A stretch of 46,035 nucleotides of DNA. It comes from Actinomycetota bacterium. GTDB taxonomy: Bacteria; Actinomycetota; Actinomycetes; S36-B12. Every line of letters starts with the position of its first letter. Position 1 is the first letter of the stretch. Position numbers and translations under genes: made by a program. The stretch spans positions 1 through 46,035 of the forward strand of contig WLOE01000003.1 of the NCBI GenBank assembly GCA_009699465.1, given 5' to 3'. Of this stretch, positions 23,349 through 34,384 are shown one piece after another. A model generated the notes under the pieces. That model searched no databases. It had not been told where the DNA came from and saw only the letters and a list, made by a program, of their open reading frames with translations.

Positions 23349-23780
23349 ATGGATCCCATTTTTAAGCGTGTAGACCACATCGGCATTGCCGTACCAGACC
23401 TCGACGTAGCAATGAAGTTCTACGAAGAAATGTTCGGGATGAAAGTCATTCACGAAGAAGTGAACGAAGAGCAAGGCGTTCGCGAGTGCATGGTTGCAGT
23501 TGATGGCGGCGGAGCACAGCTTCAGCTCCTTGCCCCAACAGGCCCAGAATCAACCATCGCAAAGTTCATTGATCGCAATGGTCCGGGAATTCAGCAGATG
23601 GCGTACACCGTTGACGATGTGGAAGCTGCGTCTGATGCGCTACGCGCCAAGGGCATTCGCATGTTGTACGACGCACCTCGTCGTGGTACCGGTGGTTCAC
23701 GAATTAACTTCGCGCATCCAAAGGACTGCGGCGGTGTGCTCGTTGAACTGGTCGAGCCTGCCAAGAACGCTGCTCACTAA
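23349..23780 (+). CDS. mce: Methylmalonyl-CoA epimerase (VOC fold)
   Basis: VDHIGIAVPDL, EVNEEQGVRE, QLQLL, GPGIQQMAY, INFAHPKDCGGVLVELVE. Confidence 0.92.
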   Translation: MDPIFKRVDHIGIAVPDLDVAMKFYEEMFGMKVIHEEVNEEQGVRECMVAVDGGGAQLQLLAPTGPESTIAKFIDRNGPGIQQMAYTVDDVEAASDALRAKGIRMLYDAPRRGTGGSRINFAHPKDCGGVLVELVEPAKNAAH

Positions 23781-23792
23781 CCCCAGCCATAC

Positions 23793-24014
23793 ATGCCCAA
23801 CGAAATCACCACGTTCTTCCAAGAGCACCAAAGTGAAATCGTTGCTGTAGTTATCGGAATGCTCGGAGCACTTGCGCTCTTGGCACTTCTTCGCAAAGCC
23901 ATCAAGCTCTTTGTAGTCCTCGCCATCGGTGCGGCACTTATTGCAGCTTGGTGGCTTTCGCGTACCAATGACGTTGCACAACAATTGCAAGATCTCTTTT
24001 CGTTCATCAATTAG
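23793..24014 (+). CDS. Small hypothetical membrane protein (two predicted TM helices)
   Basis: 73 aa filling the gap between mce and the acyltransferase; two hydrophobic segments separated by RKAIK. Confidence 0.7.
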   Translation: MPNEITTFFQEHQSEIVAVVIGMLGALALLALLRKAIKLFVVLAIGAALIAAWWLSRTNDVAQQLQDLFSFIN

Positions 24015-24039
24015 ACATGTCCATCTCGTACGATGAGAC

Positions 24040-25887
24040 GTGGCCACTTCCCCGACCTCAGTTGATGTTGCGCGCTTGGGCCCGCCCACCCCTTGGCACC
24101 TTGATCGCGGTCGCGCCTCTGGCGAAATGGGCTACCTCCCAGGCTTAGACGGCATCCGAGCCATTGCAGTTCTCGGCGTCTTGCTTTACCACGCAGATCT
24201 TGGCTTCTTGCCTGGCGGATTTCTCGGCGTCGACGTCTTTTTCGTGCTCAGTGGTTTCTTGATCACCACGTTGTTACTCGAACAATTTGAGCGCACTGGT
24301 CGGATTAACTTCAAGGCTTTCTACATCGGTCGTGTACGCAGGCTCTTTCCAGCACTCATCGCGCTGCTCCTTGTTATTGCGATTGCATGCATATTTATCT
24401 ATCAGGATGCGGCCCACAAAACAGCAAGCGACATCATCGCTTCTGCGTTTTATGTAAATAACTGGTGGTACATCGTCGCCGACACTTCATATTTCGATTT
24501 TCTCGCCCGTCCACCGCTGCTGAAACATTTGTGGTCTTTGGCAGTTGAGGAACAGTTCTATTTCGTATGGCCAATCGTTGCATTCACGTTGATGCGTATC
24601 TGGCGCCGTCGCGGTGTCCTAGTCGCTTCACTGATGCTCGCAACGCTTTCCACCGCATGGATGCTTTACCTTACGTTGCAACACGGCTATCCAGAACTTG
24701 CTGATCCAAGCCGCGTTTATTTTGGTACGGATTCCCACGCCATGGGCCTCCTGATGGGTGCGGCACTGGCTAGCGTGTGGCGCCCTGGAATGGCTCGCGC
24801 AGTCGTCAATCGCACGACTCGTGATGGACTCACGGCAATCGGCCTCACAACCCTTGCCTCACTCCTCGCGTTCTATTTCTACGTCGGTGAGTACACGCCT
24901 TGGCTGTATCGCGGTGGATTTCTCGTTCTCGCGATCCTTGTTGGACTTCTCATTGTGATTGCAAGTCATCCCGCAACAAATTTTGGACGCGCGCTAGGAA
25001 CTCAACCCTGGCGATACATCGGTCAGCGCTCATATGGGTTGTACCTATGGCATTGGCCGATCTTCGCTGTCACCCGACCAGAGGTTGATACTTCACTCAC
25101 AGGGTTTTGGCTCCTCGCACTTCGCCTCGTACTCACTTTTACTGTGGCTGAAATCAGTTATCGCTTCCTTGAAATGCCAATTCGACGTGGCGTTCTTGGA
25201 GGCGCACTCAGGAAACTCAAGAGCAAAGATGCGCACGTGCGCAAACACACAAGAATTCAGGTGATCACTTCTGTCGCTGTCACCTTGCTGCTGTTGGCAG
25301 GCTTAGGCTTCGCATTTGCCAACACGGCTATCAATACGAAGCCGGCCGCCGACGTCGTCGCTGCGATTGGCAAGGAAAAACGAGTTCGCCTCGATGGAGT
25401 CATCAATCCAACGATTACAGGTATTGGTGATTCAGTGATGCTTGGCGCTCGGCCAGTGCTTCGCAAGGAGCTCCCTGGTATTGCCATTGATGCTGCAGTC
25501 TCTCGATTCCCTGGAGGGTTCTTGGGACCCATGCGCAGATATGAAAGTAAAGGGATGCTCGCGCCCGCGGTCGTTATTCACGCGGGAACAAACGGCACAC
25601 TTACTGAATCCATGACACGAACTCTTCTCAATATCGTAAAGAAACATCCACGAGTGGTGTTGATTAACGACAACGTGCCTCGCAGCTGGCGCGATTCCAA
25701 TAATGACTCAATCGCGCGCGTGGCGCCTGAATTCCCCAATGTCGTGGTTGTCGACTGGCGAAAGGCATCGCTGCACCATCCGGAATATTTCGTGTCAGAC
25801 CGTGTGCATCTCACTCAAAAGGGTGCCCGTGCATATGCAGCATTAATAAGGCAGGCTCTCGCGGCGCCACTTGGCACAACAAACTAA
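24040..25887 (+). CDS. Acyltransferase-3 plus SGNH domain O-acetyltransferase (OatA/OafA-like)
   Basis: GLDGIRAIAV, GVDVFFVLSGFLIT, HLWSLAVEEQFY, SYGLYLWHWP in the membrane domain; GDSV, GTNG and DRVH SGNH motifs in the C-terminal domain. Confidence 0.92.
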   Translation: MATSPTSVDVARLGPPTPWHLDRGRASGEMGYLPGLDGIRAIAVLGVLLYHADLGFLPGGFLGVDVFFVLSGFLITTLLLEQFERTGRINFKAFYIGRVRRLFPALIALLLVIAIACIFIYQDAAHKTASDIIASAFYVNNWWYIVADTSYFDFLARPPLLKHLWSLAVEEQFYFVWPIVAFTLMRIWRRRGVLVASLMLATLSTAWMLYLTLQHGYPELADPSRVYFGTDSHAMGLLMGAALASVWRPGMARAVVNRTTRDGLTAIGLTTLASLLAFYFYVGEYTPWLYRGGFLVLAILVGLLIVIASHPATNFGRALGTQPWRYIGQRSYGLYLWHWPIFAVTRPEVDTSLTGFWLLALRLVLTFTVAEISYRFLEMPIRRGVLGGALRKLKSKDAHVRKHTRIQVITSVAVTLLLLAGLGFAFANTAINTKPAADVVAAIGKEKRVRLDGVINPTITGIGDSVMLGARPVLRKELPGIAIDAAVSRFPGGFLGPMRRYESKGMLAPAVVIHAGTNGTLTESMTRTLLNIVKKHPRVVLINDNVPRSWRDSNNDSIARVAPEFPNVVVVDWRKASLHHPEYFVSDRVHLTQKGARAYAALIRQALAAPLGTTN

Positions 25888-26633
25888 AGATCGCTCCAGC
25901 GTTCCATTGGACCATCCCATTCCAACGGTAATGGTGAAAATTCCGGAGCAACTCGCGCCACAATTTCATTGAGCACGACGCGCACTGACTTCTCACCCAC
26001 CCATAAGTGCCCTGCACCTGGAACACCTACGACCTCGGCTTGCGGAATGCGCGAGAATCTGACAGTTGCTTCGGCCGGCTGCAGGTAGTCATCATTTTCA
26101 GGGACCAGCGCAGTGAGTGGTAGATCAGAACTGGCCCAACGATCAAGATCTGACATTTCAGAAAAGCGCAGCGGTGGTGAAAGCAAAATAGCGCCGCGTA
26201 ACCCTTGATCGGTTTGACCATTGATGGCATGTTTCAAAATCACATCTGTACCAAATGACCACCCCAATACCCAAGGAATTGGTAGCCCTTGATCGCGTAC
26301 GAACCTCAAGGCCGCCGCAAGATCCAAACCTTCAGCATTTCCTTCGTCAAAGGCGCCTTCGCTGGTGCCGCGCGGACTCGAGGTACCACGAGTGTTAAAC
26401 CTCAACACCGCAATATTGGCAAGTGCGGGTAGCCGCCAAGCCATCTTGCGCAGCACGTGGCTGTCCATGAAACCGCCTGCGGTAGGCAGTGGATGGCAAC
26501 ACACGATTGTTGCGGTTGGTTCACTATCGATGGGAACCGCGAGCTCACCCACGAGTATTAACCCATCATTTGTGCGCAAGGTGATGGGTTCACGGCGAGC
26601 AGGCAGCACAGAATTGGCAACGATTTCCGGCAT
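25884..26633 (-). CDS. Alpha/beta hydrolase
   Basis: HPLPTAGG, RFNTRG, nucleophile elbow GWSFG, candidate Asp in ENDDY and His in AGHLW. Confidence 0.9.
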   Translation of the reverse strand: MPEIVANSVLPARREPITLRTNDGLILVGELAVPIDSEPTATIVCCHPLPTAGGFMDSHVLRKMAWRLPALANIAVLRFNTRGTSSPRGTSEGAFDEGNAEGLDLAAALRFVRDQGLPIPWVLGWSFGTDVILKHAINGQTDQGLRGAILLSPPLRFSEMSDLDRWASSDLPLTALVPENDDYLQPAEATVRFSRIPQAEVVGVPGAGHLWVGEKSVRVVLNEIVARVAPEFSPLPLEWDGPMERWSDL

Positions 26634-26643
26634 CTACTGTTCC

Positions 26644-26928
26644 TTAACGACGAGGTCCACGATGATGACGAGCTGCCCAACATGGCTTATGCCAATGACG
26701 TCGCGCATCAACGCCACCGAGACCTTGCGCTGGGTAGGCAACGACATGTGGAGTAGCTGGACGAATCTCATGGTCACAACCTGGGCATCGATAGGTCTTC
26801 GTCGCTGCCGAGCCAGTGACGGTTTGTACCACCCACTCTTCGCCATGAAAGTTTTCTACATCGCGGTAAGTGAAAAAGGCTGGACGATCAGCATTGCGCT
26901 CAGGTTCTCGACGATGTTTGCGGCCCAT
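26644..26928 (-). CDS. Small conserved actinobacterial protein with CxxC...H...HxHxxC putative zinc site
   Basis: KTYRCPGCDHEI...PHVVAYP...RRHWHKPCW; starts 2 nt after the nucS stop. Confidence 0.85.
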   Translation of the reverse strand: MGRKHRREPERNADRPAFFTYRDVENFHGEEWVVQTVTGSAATKTYRCPGCDHEIRPATPHVVAYPAQGLGGVDARRHWHKPCWAARHHRGPRR

Positions 26929-26930
26929 AT

Positions 26931-27611
26931 CTAGAACAATCGCAAACTTGGATCTGCAGTTCCCTTGAGCGCTTCGTAATCAAGGACTACACAACGAATA
27001 CCACGATCTTCGGCAAGGGTGCGCGCTTGTGGCTTAATCTCTTGTGCCGCAAACACTCCACTCACAGGGGCAAGCAACGGATCTCTGTTCAACAGCTCAA
27101 GATAACGGGTTAACTGCTCCACACCATCGATTTCGCCACGGCGCTTGATCTCTACGGCCACTGATCCACCATGAGCGTTCCTGCACATGAGATCTACGGG
27201 GCCAATCGCTGTAGGGAATTCACGCCGCACGAGCGTCCAATCATCGCCAAGTACGTTCACATGCGTGGCGAGCAAGGCTTGCAAGTGTGCTTCAACGCCA
27301 TCTTTTTGTAGCCCTGGGTCGACCCCAAGCTCATGAGCAGAGTCATGTTGCACTTCATGAATCGTGATGCGCAGTTGTTCGCCGGCCTTATTCTCCACGA
27401 TCCACAGCGCGTGATCAGCCTGCCCTTCTGCATCTTTTTCTCTCAAAGAACAGGGTGGACTCATCCAGTTAAGAGGCTTATAGGAGCCGCCATCTGAGTG
27501 AATCAACACCGACCCATCTGCCTTCACCATAATGACGCGCTGAGCAGCTGGAAGGTGCGCGGTAAGTCGCCCGACATAGTCGACGGAACAGTTTGCTACC
27601 AAGATTCGCAC
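26931..27611 (-). CDS. nucS: Mismatch-specific endonuclease NucS/EndoMS
   Basis: [43 protein letters not shown]...VEIK nuclease motif, QLTRY, C-terminal LRLF clamp-binding-like tail; start GTG 27611. Confidence 0.96.
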   Translation of the reverse strand: MRILVANCSVDYVGRLTAHLPAAQRVIMVKADGSVLIHSDGGSYKPLNWMSPPCSLREKDAEGQADHALWIVENKAGEQLRITIHEVQHDSAHELGVDPGLQKDGVEAHLQALLATHVNVLGDDWTLVRREFPTAIGPVDLMCRNAHGGSVAVEIKRRGEIDGVEQLTRYLELLNRDPLLAPVSGVFAAQEIKPQARTLAEDRGIRCVVLDYEALKGTADPSLRLF

Positions 27612-27664
27612 CTCGTAACCGTACCGATGTTGCGATACGAAATTGGGAGGTGCACCATTGGCGT

Positions 27665-27988
27665 GTGCCCGCATGGAGAGCCTTTTCCTTTGCCTACGGT
27701 CCGATCATGGCCTTAATAGGTATTGGTGTTTTTGCCTTCATCCTGAAGTGGGCCTTTTCCCGCGGATCCTCGGTGATTGCCGCCCCACCAAAACCTGGAG
27801 CCAGCGACGAGTACGGACTTCTCGTCGTTGCATCGATTCCCAGTACCTACATTGAAGGCGAGATACAACGGCGCACACTGGAAGCCGCTGGGCTGCGAGC
27901 CAACCTCGCCAACACCCTTGATGGCCCTCGCGTGATGGTGTGGCCTACCGATCTCGAACAGGCGCTTGCGCTCCTGAAGAAGGATTAG
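27665..27988 (+). CDS. Conserved hypothetical membrane-anchored protein
   Basis: One N-terminal TM helix then DEYGLLV...LEAAGLRA...VMVWP; start set to GTG 27665 (MPAWRAFSF) to avoid overlapping nucS. Confidence 0.75.
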   Translation: MPAWRAFSFAYGPIMALIGIGVFAFILKWAFSRGSSVIAAPPKPGASDEYGLLVVASIPSTYIEGEIQRRTLEAAGLRANLANTLDGPRVMVWPTDLEQALALLKKD

Positions 27989-29253
27989 CCCACTTCTTCA
28001 AGACGCGTGATCTGTGCTCCTAGGCGCACAAGGTCGGGTACAAATCCCGAATACCCGCGATCAATATGGGAGACCCCATAGACCGTGGTAGTGCCATCCG
28101 CCACGAGCCCAGCAAGTACTAATCCTGCGCCAGCGCGAATATCCGTAGCTTCAACCGGGGCACCAGAGAGAGCGAGGCGACCTCGCACCAAGGCGTGATG
28201 CCCATCAGTGCGGACATCAGCTCCCAATCGAGCCAACTCTTGCACGAATCTGAATCGAGCTTCAAAAAGATTCTCCGTGACGAGTGCGGCCCCATCGGCT
28301 ATGGCATTGAGCGCGATGAACTGGGGTTGTAAATCAGTTGGAAAACCCGGATAAGGAAGTGTGACGATGTCCACCGCCTTTGGGCGTTGGTCCATCACTA
28401 CTCGAAATCCATCTTCAACTTCCGTTACAACCGCGCCCGCTATGACAAGCTTTTCTAGCGCGATTTGTAAATGTTCTACCTTCGCGTTGTGAATAGTGAT
28501 GTCACCTTGTGTGATGACCGCAGCAACGGCCCACGTGCCGGCCACAATTCGATCAGGAACAGTTCGGTGCGTCACCGGATGTAATTCTTCAACGCCTTCA
28601 ATTGTCAGAGTGGATGAACCAACACCAGCAATACGGGCACCCATTTCATTGAGCATCCTGCAGATATCCACGATTTCAGGTTCGCGTGCAACATTGTCAA
28701 TCACCGTGGTGCCATCAGCGGTGACTGCCGCCATCAGGATGGTTTCGGTAGCGCCCACACTTGGAAAGTCAAGATAGACAGATTCGCCTCGAAGTCGCTT
28801 CTCGGTGGAAGCTATGAGGTAACCATGTTCATTAACTGCTCGGGCACCGAGCTTGATCAGTCCGTCGACATGCATGTCTAGACCGCGAGAACCAATGTTG
28901 TCGCCACCGGGAAGCGCCACTTCTGCCGCACCACAGCGTGCAAGCAACGGCCCAAGCACACAGATCGATGCACGCATGCGTCGGACAAGGTCGTAATCAG
29001 CGCGATGGTCAAGAATTGCAGGAACCGTGATCGCGACGACTCCCCCCACCTGATCGTGGGTGACCTCACAACCAAGCCGGCGGAGTAACTCAGCCATAAT
29101 CTCCACATCCAGGATGTCTGGGACATCGAGCAACGTGGTGGTGCCTTCAGCCAGCAAAGCTGCAGCCATGAGTTTCAGTACGGAGTTCTTGGCTCCGGTA
29201 ACGCGAACCTCACCGACCAGTCGACTGCCGCCGACCACACTGAGAAGTTCCAC
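27985..29253 (-). CDS. murA: UDP-N-acetylglucosamine 1-carboxyvinyltransferase
   Basis: [21 protein letters not shown] (Asp at the Cys115-equivalent), [26 protein letters not shown]. Confidence 0.98.
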   Translation of the reverse strand: MELLSVVGGSRLVGEVRVTGAKNSVLKLMAAALLAEGTTTLLDVPDILDVEIMAELLRRLGCEVTHDQVGGVVAITVPAILDHRADYDLVRRMRASICVLGPLLARCGAAEVALPGGDNIGSRGLDMHVDGLIKLGARAVNEHGYLIASTEKRLRGESVYLDFPSVGATETILMAAVTADGTTVIDNVAREPEIVDICRMLNEMGARIAGVGSSTLTIEGVEELHPVTHRTVPDRIVAGTWAVAAVITQGDITIHNAKVEHLQIALEKLVIAGAVVTEVEDGFRVVMDQRPKAVDIVTLPYPGFPTDLQPQFIALNAIADGAALVTENLFEARFRFVQELARLGADVRTDGHHALVRGRLALSGAPVEATDIRAGAGLVLAGLVADGTTTVYGVSHIDRGYSGFVPDLVRLGAQITRLEEVG

Positions 29254-29281
29254 GCCTTTATCGTAGGAGTAAGGTCAGAAC
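29254..29281. promoter_or_regulatory. Back-to-back putative leaderless promoters for murA and the adenosyltransferase
   Basis: Minus-strand TACGAT (29260-29265) 6 nt before the murA GTG; plus-strand TAAGGT (29270-29275) 6 nt before ATG 29282. Confidence 0.65.
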
Positions 29282-29875
29282 ATGGTGAATTTGACGCGTA
29301 TCTATACCCGCACCGGCGACGACGGCACAACTTCATTGGGCGATATGAGTCGCACCGGCAAGAATGATCCTCGACTGAAGGCCTACGCCGATGTCGATGA
29401 AGCCAACTGCGCCATCGGTGTGGTGCTTGCGATGAAAGCACTGCCGCAGGATGTCACGAGCCTGCTCGTTCGCGTGCAAAATGACCTCTTCGATGTAGGC
29501 GCAGACCTGTGTACGCCAGTAGTCGACAATCCCCCTCATGAGCCACTGAGAGTGACACAGCCATACATCGATTACCTCGAGCGTGCTTGTGATGACTACA
29601 ACGGCAAACTTGATCCACTGCGATCCTTTGTGCTGCCCGGCGGCACAGCGGCAGCAGCGCAACTGCATGTAGCCCGCACCGTGGTACGACGCGCTGAGCG
29701 AACGACATGGGCAGCACTGGATACGTACCACGGCGGCATGAACCCACTCACCGCTACCTATTTGAATCGCCTCAGCGATCTGTTGTTTATCTTGTCGCGT
29801 CTGGCAAACAAAGATGACGGTGGCGATGTGCTGTGGGTACCTGGCGCTAATCGCTCAACCCCAACAGACAAATAA
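29282..29875 (+). CDS. ATP:cob(I)alamin adenosyltransferase, PduO type
   Basis: IYTRTGDDG, VQNDLFDVGADL, FVLPGG, ARTVVRRAER, YLNRLSDLLF. Confidence 0.95.
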   Translation: MVNLTRIYTRTGDDGTTSLGDMSRTGKNDPRLKAYADVDEANCAIGVVLAMKALPQDVTSLLVRVQNDLFDVGADLCTPVVDNPPHEPLRVTQPYIDYLERACDDYNGKLDPLRSFVLPGGTAAAAQLHVARTVVRRAERTTWAALDTYHGGMNPLTATYLNRLSDLLFILSRLANKDDGGDVLWVPGANRSTPTDK

Positions 29876-29910
29876 GAAAGGGACCCAGAAATCTCTGGGC
29901 CCCTTTCTTT
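29874..29910. terminator. Bidirectional intrinsic terminator between the adenosyltransferase gene and atpC
   Basis: AAGAAAGGGACCCAGA-AATC-TCTGGGCCCCTTTCTT hairpin with U-rich tails on both strands, between convergent genes. Confidence 0.85.
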
Positions 29911-29921
29911 ATAGATATGTA

Positions 29922-30314
29922 CTAGCGTGCAGCACTCGCAAGGCCAGCGACCGAGATGCGGGTTTCCGCACGACGGATGGCTGCATCATCTGGTTCAACA
30001 GTGGCGGCCTGAGCACGAGCAAGAGCAGCCTTCGCGCGCTCCAAGTTAATGTCTTGCGCCAACTCAGCAACTTCAGCAATGACATTGATCGCATTGCCAG
30101 AAACGGAGAAGAAGCCACCATGAATTGCCACAAGCATCTTTGACCCATCGGTCTTTTCAATGCGAAGTGGACCTTCAACGAGGAGGGCAAGCACTGGCTC
30201 ATGGCCAGCGAGAATGCCGATCTCGCCTTCAGGGGTCTTAGCAACGACCGACTTCGCTTCACCGCTCCAAAGAGCGCGCTCAGCCGAAACGATGCTGACG
30301 GTCAGATCTGCCAT
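29922..30314 (-). CDS. atpC: F1 ATP synthase epsilon subunit
   Basis: GEIGILAGHEP, GGFFSV; last gene of the atp operon. Confidence 0.96.
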   Translation of the reverse strand: MADLTVSIVSAERALWSGEAKSVVAKTPEGEIGILAGHEPVLALLVEGPLRIEKTDGSKMLVAIHGGFFSVSGNAINVIAEVAELAQDINLERAKAALARAQAATVEPDDAAIRRAETRISVAGLASAAR

Positions 30315-30317
30315 GAC

Positions 30318-32677
<2,360 letters not shown>

Positions 32678-32682
32678 GTGTA

Positions 32683-34317
32683 TTAGCCCCGAACGGTCCG
32701 AGTGACCGTGGCGTGATCGATTTCTTCATCAGCTACTGCGCGCACTGGCTCGTCGTTAACGAGCAAGTGACCTGCAGTGGTGGTGAACTGCTTCTTGAAG
32801 TCAGCGATCGCTGTTTCGAGAACTGAAACCGAATCATCGGAAAGATCCGTAGTGGTGCGAATCGCATCAAACACTGCTGGCTTGGTGCGCTCCACAAAGC
32901 TCAAGAACTCTGAGTCGAAACGACGGATGTCTTCAACAGGGACATCGTCGAGACGGCCGGTGGTACCTGCCCACACGGACACAACTTCGCGTTCCATCGA
33001 TTGTGGTGCGTACTGAGGCTGCTTCAATAACTCAACCAAACGTGCACCACGCTCAAGCTGAGCCTTTGATGCTGCGTCAAGGTCTGAGCCGAAGGCTGCG
33101 AAGGCTTCGAGCTCACGGAACTGAGCAAGATCAAGACGCAAACGTCCAGCAACCTTCTTCATTGCCTTGGTCTGTGCCGAACCACCCACGCGGGAAACCG
33201 AGATACCCACGTTGATTGCTGGGCGAACGCCTGAGTTGAACAGATCTGACTCGAGGAAGCACTGACCGTCGGTGATCGAAATAACGTTGGTCGGAATGTA
33301 AGCCGACACGTCGTTTGCCTTGGTTTCGATGATTGGCAAGCCAGTCATCGAACCGCCACCGAGCTCATCGCTGAGCTTTGCGCAGCGCTCGAGGAGACGT
33401 GAGTGCAAGTAGAAGACGTCGCCTGGGTAGGCCTCGCGGCCTGGTGGACGACGAAGGAGCAATGAAACTGCGCGGTAGGCCTCTGCTTGCTTTGACAGAT
33501 CGTCAAACACAATGAGGACGTTCTTGCCCTGGTACATCCAGTGCTGGCCAATGGCCGAACCGGTGTAGGGAGCCAAGTACTTGAAGCCTGCTGGGTCAGA
33601 TGCGGGTGAGGCAACAATCGTGGTGTATTCCAAAGCGCCGTATTCCTCAAGCACACCCTTCACCGAAGCGATAGTTGAGCCCTTCTGGCCGATGGCGACG
33701 TAGACGCAGCGAACCTGCTTCTTTGGATCGCCAGATAGCCAGTTTTCGCGCTGATTCAAGATGGTGTCGAGGCAGACCGCGGTCTTACCGGTCTGGCGGT
33801 CACCGATCACGAGCTGGCGCTGGCCACGACCGATAGCGGTCATTGCGTCAATTGCCTTGATGCCGGTGAGGAGTGGTTCCTTTACTGGCTGGCGCTGGAC
33901 CACGGTTGGTGCCTGTACTTCGAGGGCACGACGGCCTTCAGCAGCAATTGGACCAAGGCCATCGATTGGTGCGCCAAGTGGATCTACCACGCGGCCCATG
34001 AAGGCATCGCCGATTGGCACGGAAAGCACTTCGCCGGTGCGACGCACGGCTTGGCCTTCTTCCACCTTTGAACCATCGCCAAGGAGCACGACGCCGATTT
34101 CGCGGACATCGAGGTTGAGTGCCAGGCCAAGAAGGCCACCCTCAAACTCCAACAGTTCGTTGGTCATTGCTGAGTGGAGACCCTCCACACGTGCAATGCC
34201 GTCACCGGTTTCGATGACGCGACCAACTTCTTCTCGGGCGGTTGCGGGCGAGTACGCCGCGACGTTCCGCTCGATCGCATCCCGGATTTCTTCCGGCCGG
34301 ATCGTCAGCTCCGTCAT
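32683..34317 (-). CDS. atpA: F1 ATP synthase alpha subunit
   Basis: [31 protein letters not shown]; start set to ATG 34317 with GAAAGG RBS. Confidence 0.99.
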   Translation of the reverse strand: MTELTIRPEEIRDAIERNVAAYSPATAREEVGRVIETGDGIARVEGLHSAMTNELLEFEGGLLGLALNLDVREIGVVLLGDGSKVEEGQAVRRTGEVLSVPIGDAFMGRVVDPLGAPIDGLGPIAAEGRRALEVQAPTVVQRQPVKEPLLTGIKAIDAMTAIGRGQRQLVIGDRQTGKTAVCLDTILNQRENWLSGDPKKQVRCVYVAIGQKGSTIASVKGVLEEYGALEYTTIVASPASDPAGFKYLAPYTGSAIGQHWMYQGKNVLIVFDDLSKQAEAYRAVSLLLRRPPGREAYPGDVFYLHSRLLERCAKLSDELGGGSMTGLPIIETKANDVSAYIPTNVISITDGQCFLESDLFNSGVRPAINVGISVSRVGGSAQTKAMKKVAGRLRLDLAQFRELEAFAAFGSDLDAASKAQLERGARLVELLKQPQYAPQSMEREVVSVWAGTTGRLDDVPVEDIRRFDSEFLSFVERTKPAVFDAIRTTTDLSDDSVSVLETAIADFKKQFTTTAGHLLVNDEPVRAVADEEIDHATVTRTVRG

Positions 34318-34384
34318 GGTGACCTTTCTTTCTCGCACCCACATCTACGTGGGACGCGCCTTGGACTGCTGGGTGTTTGGTCTG

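Noticed and set aside
23777-24010. Minus-strand 77-aa ORF with CNCC
   Set aside because: Antisense to the more plausible two-TM protein that is co-oriented with its neighbours.
23349-29875. mce plus PduO as a novel B12 pathway, or a cobalamin riboswitch
   Set aside because: Both genes are standard at this locus in Actinobacteria; no mutase is in the window and the 28-bp spacer has no room for a riboswitch.
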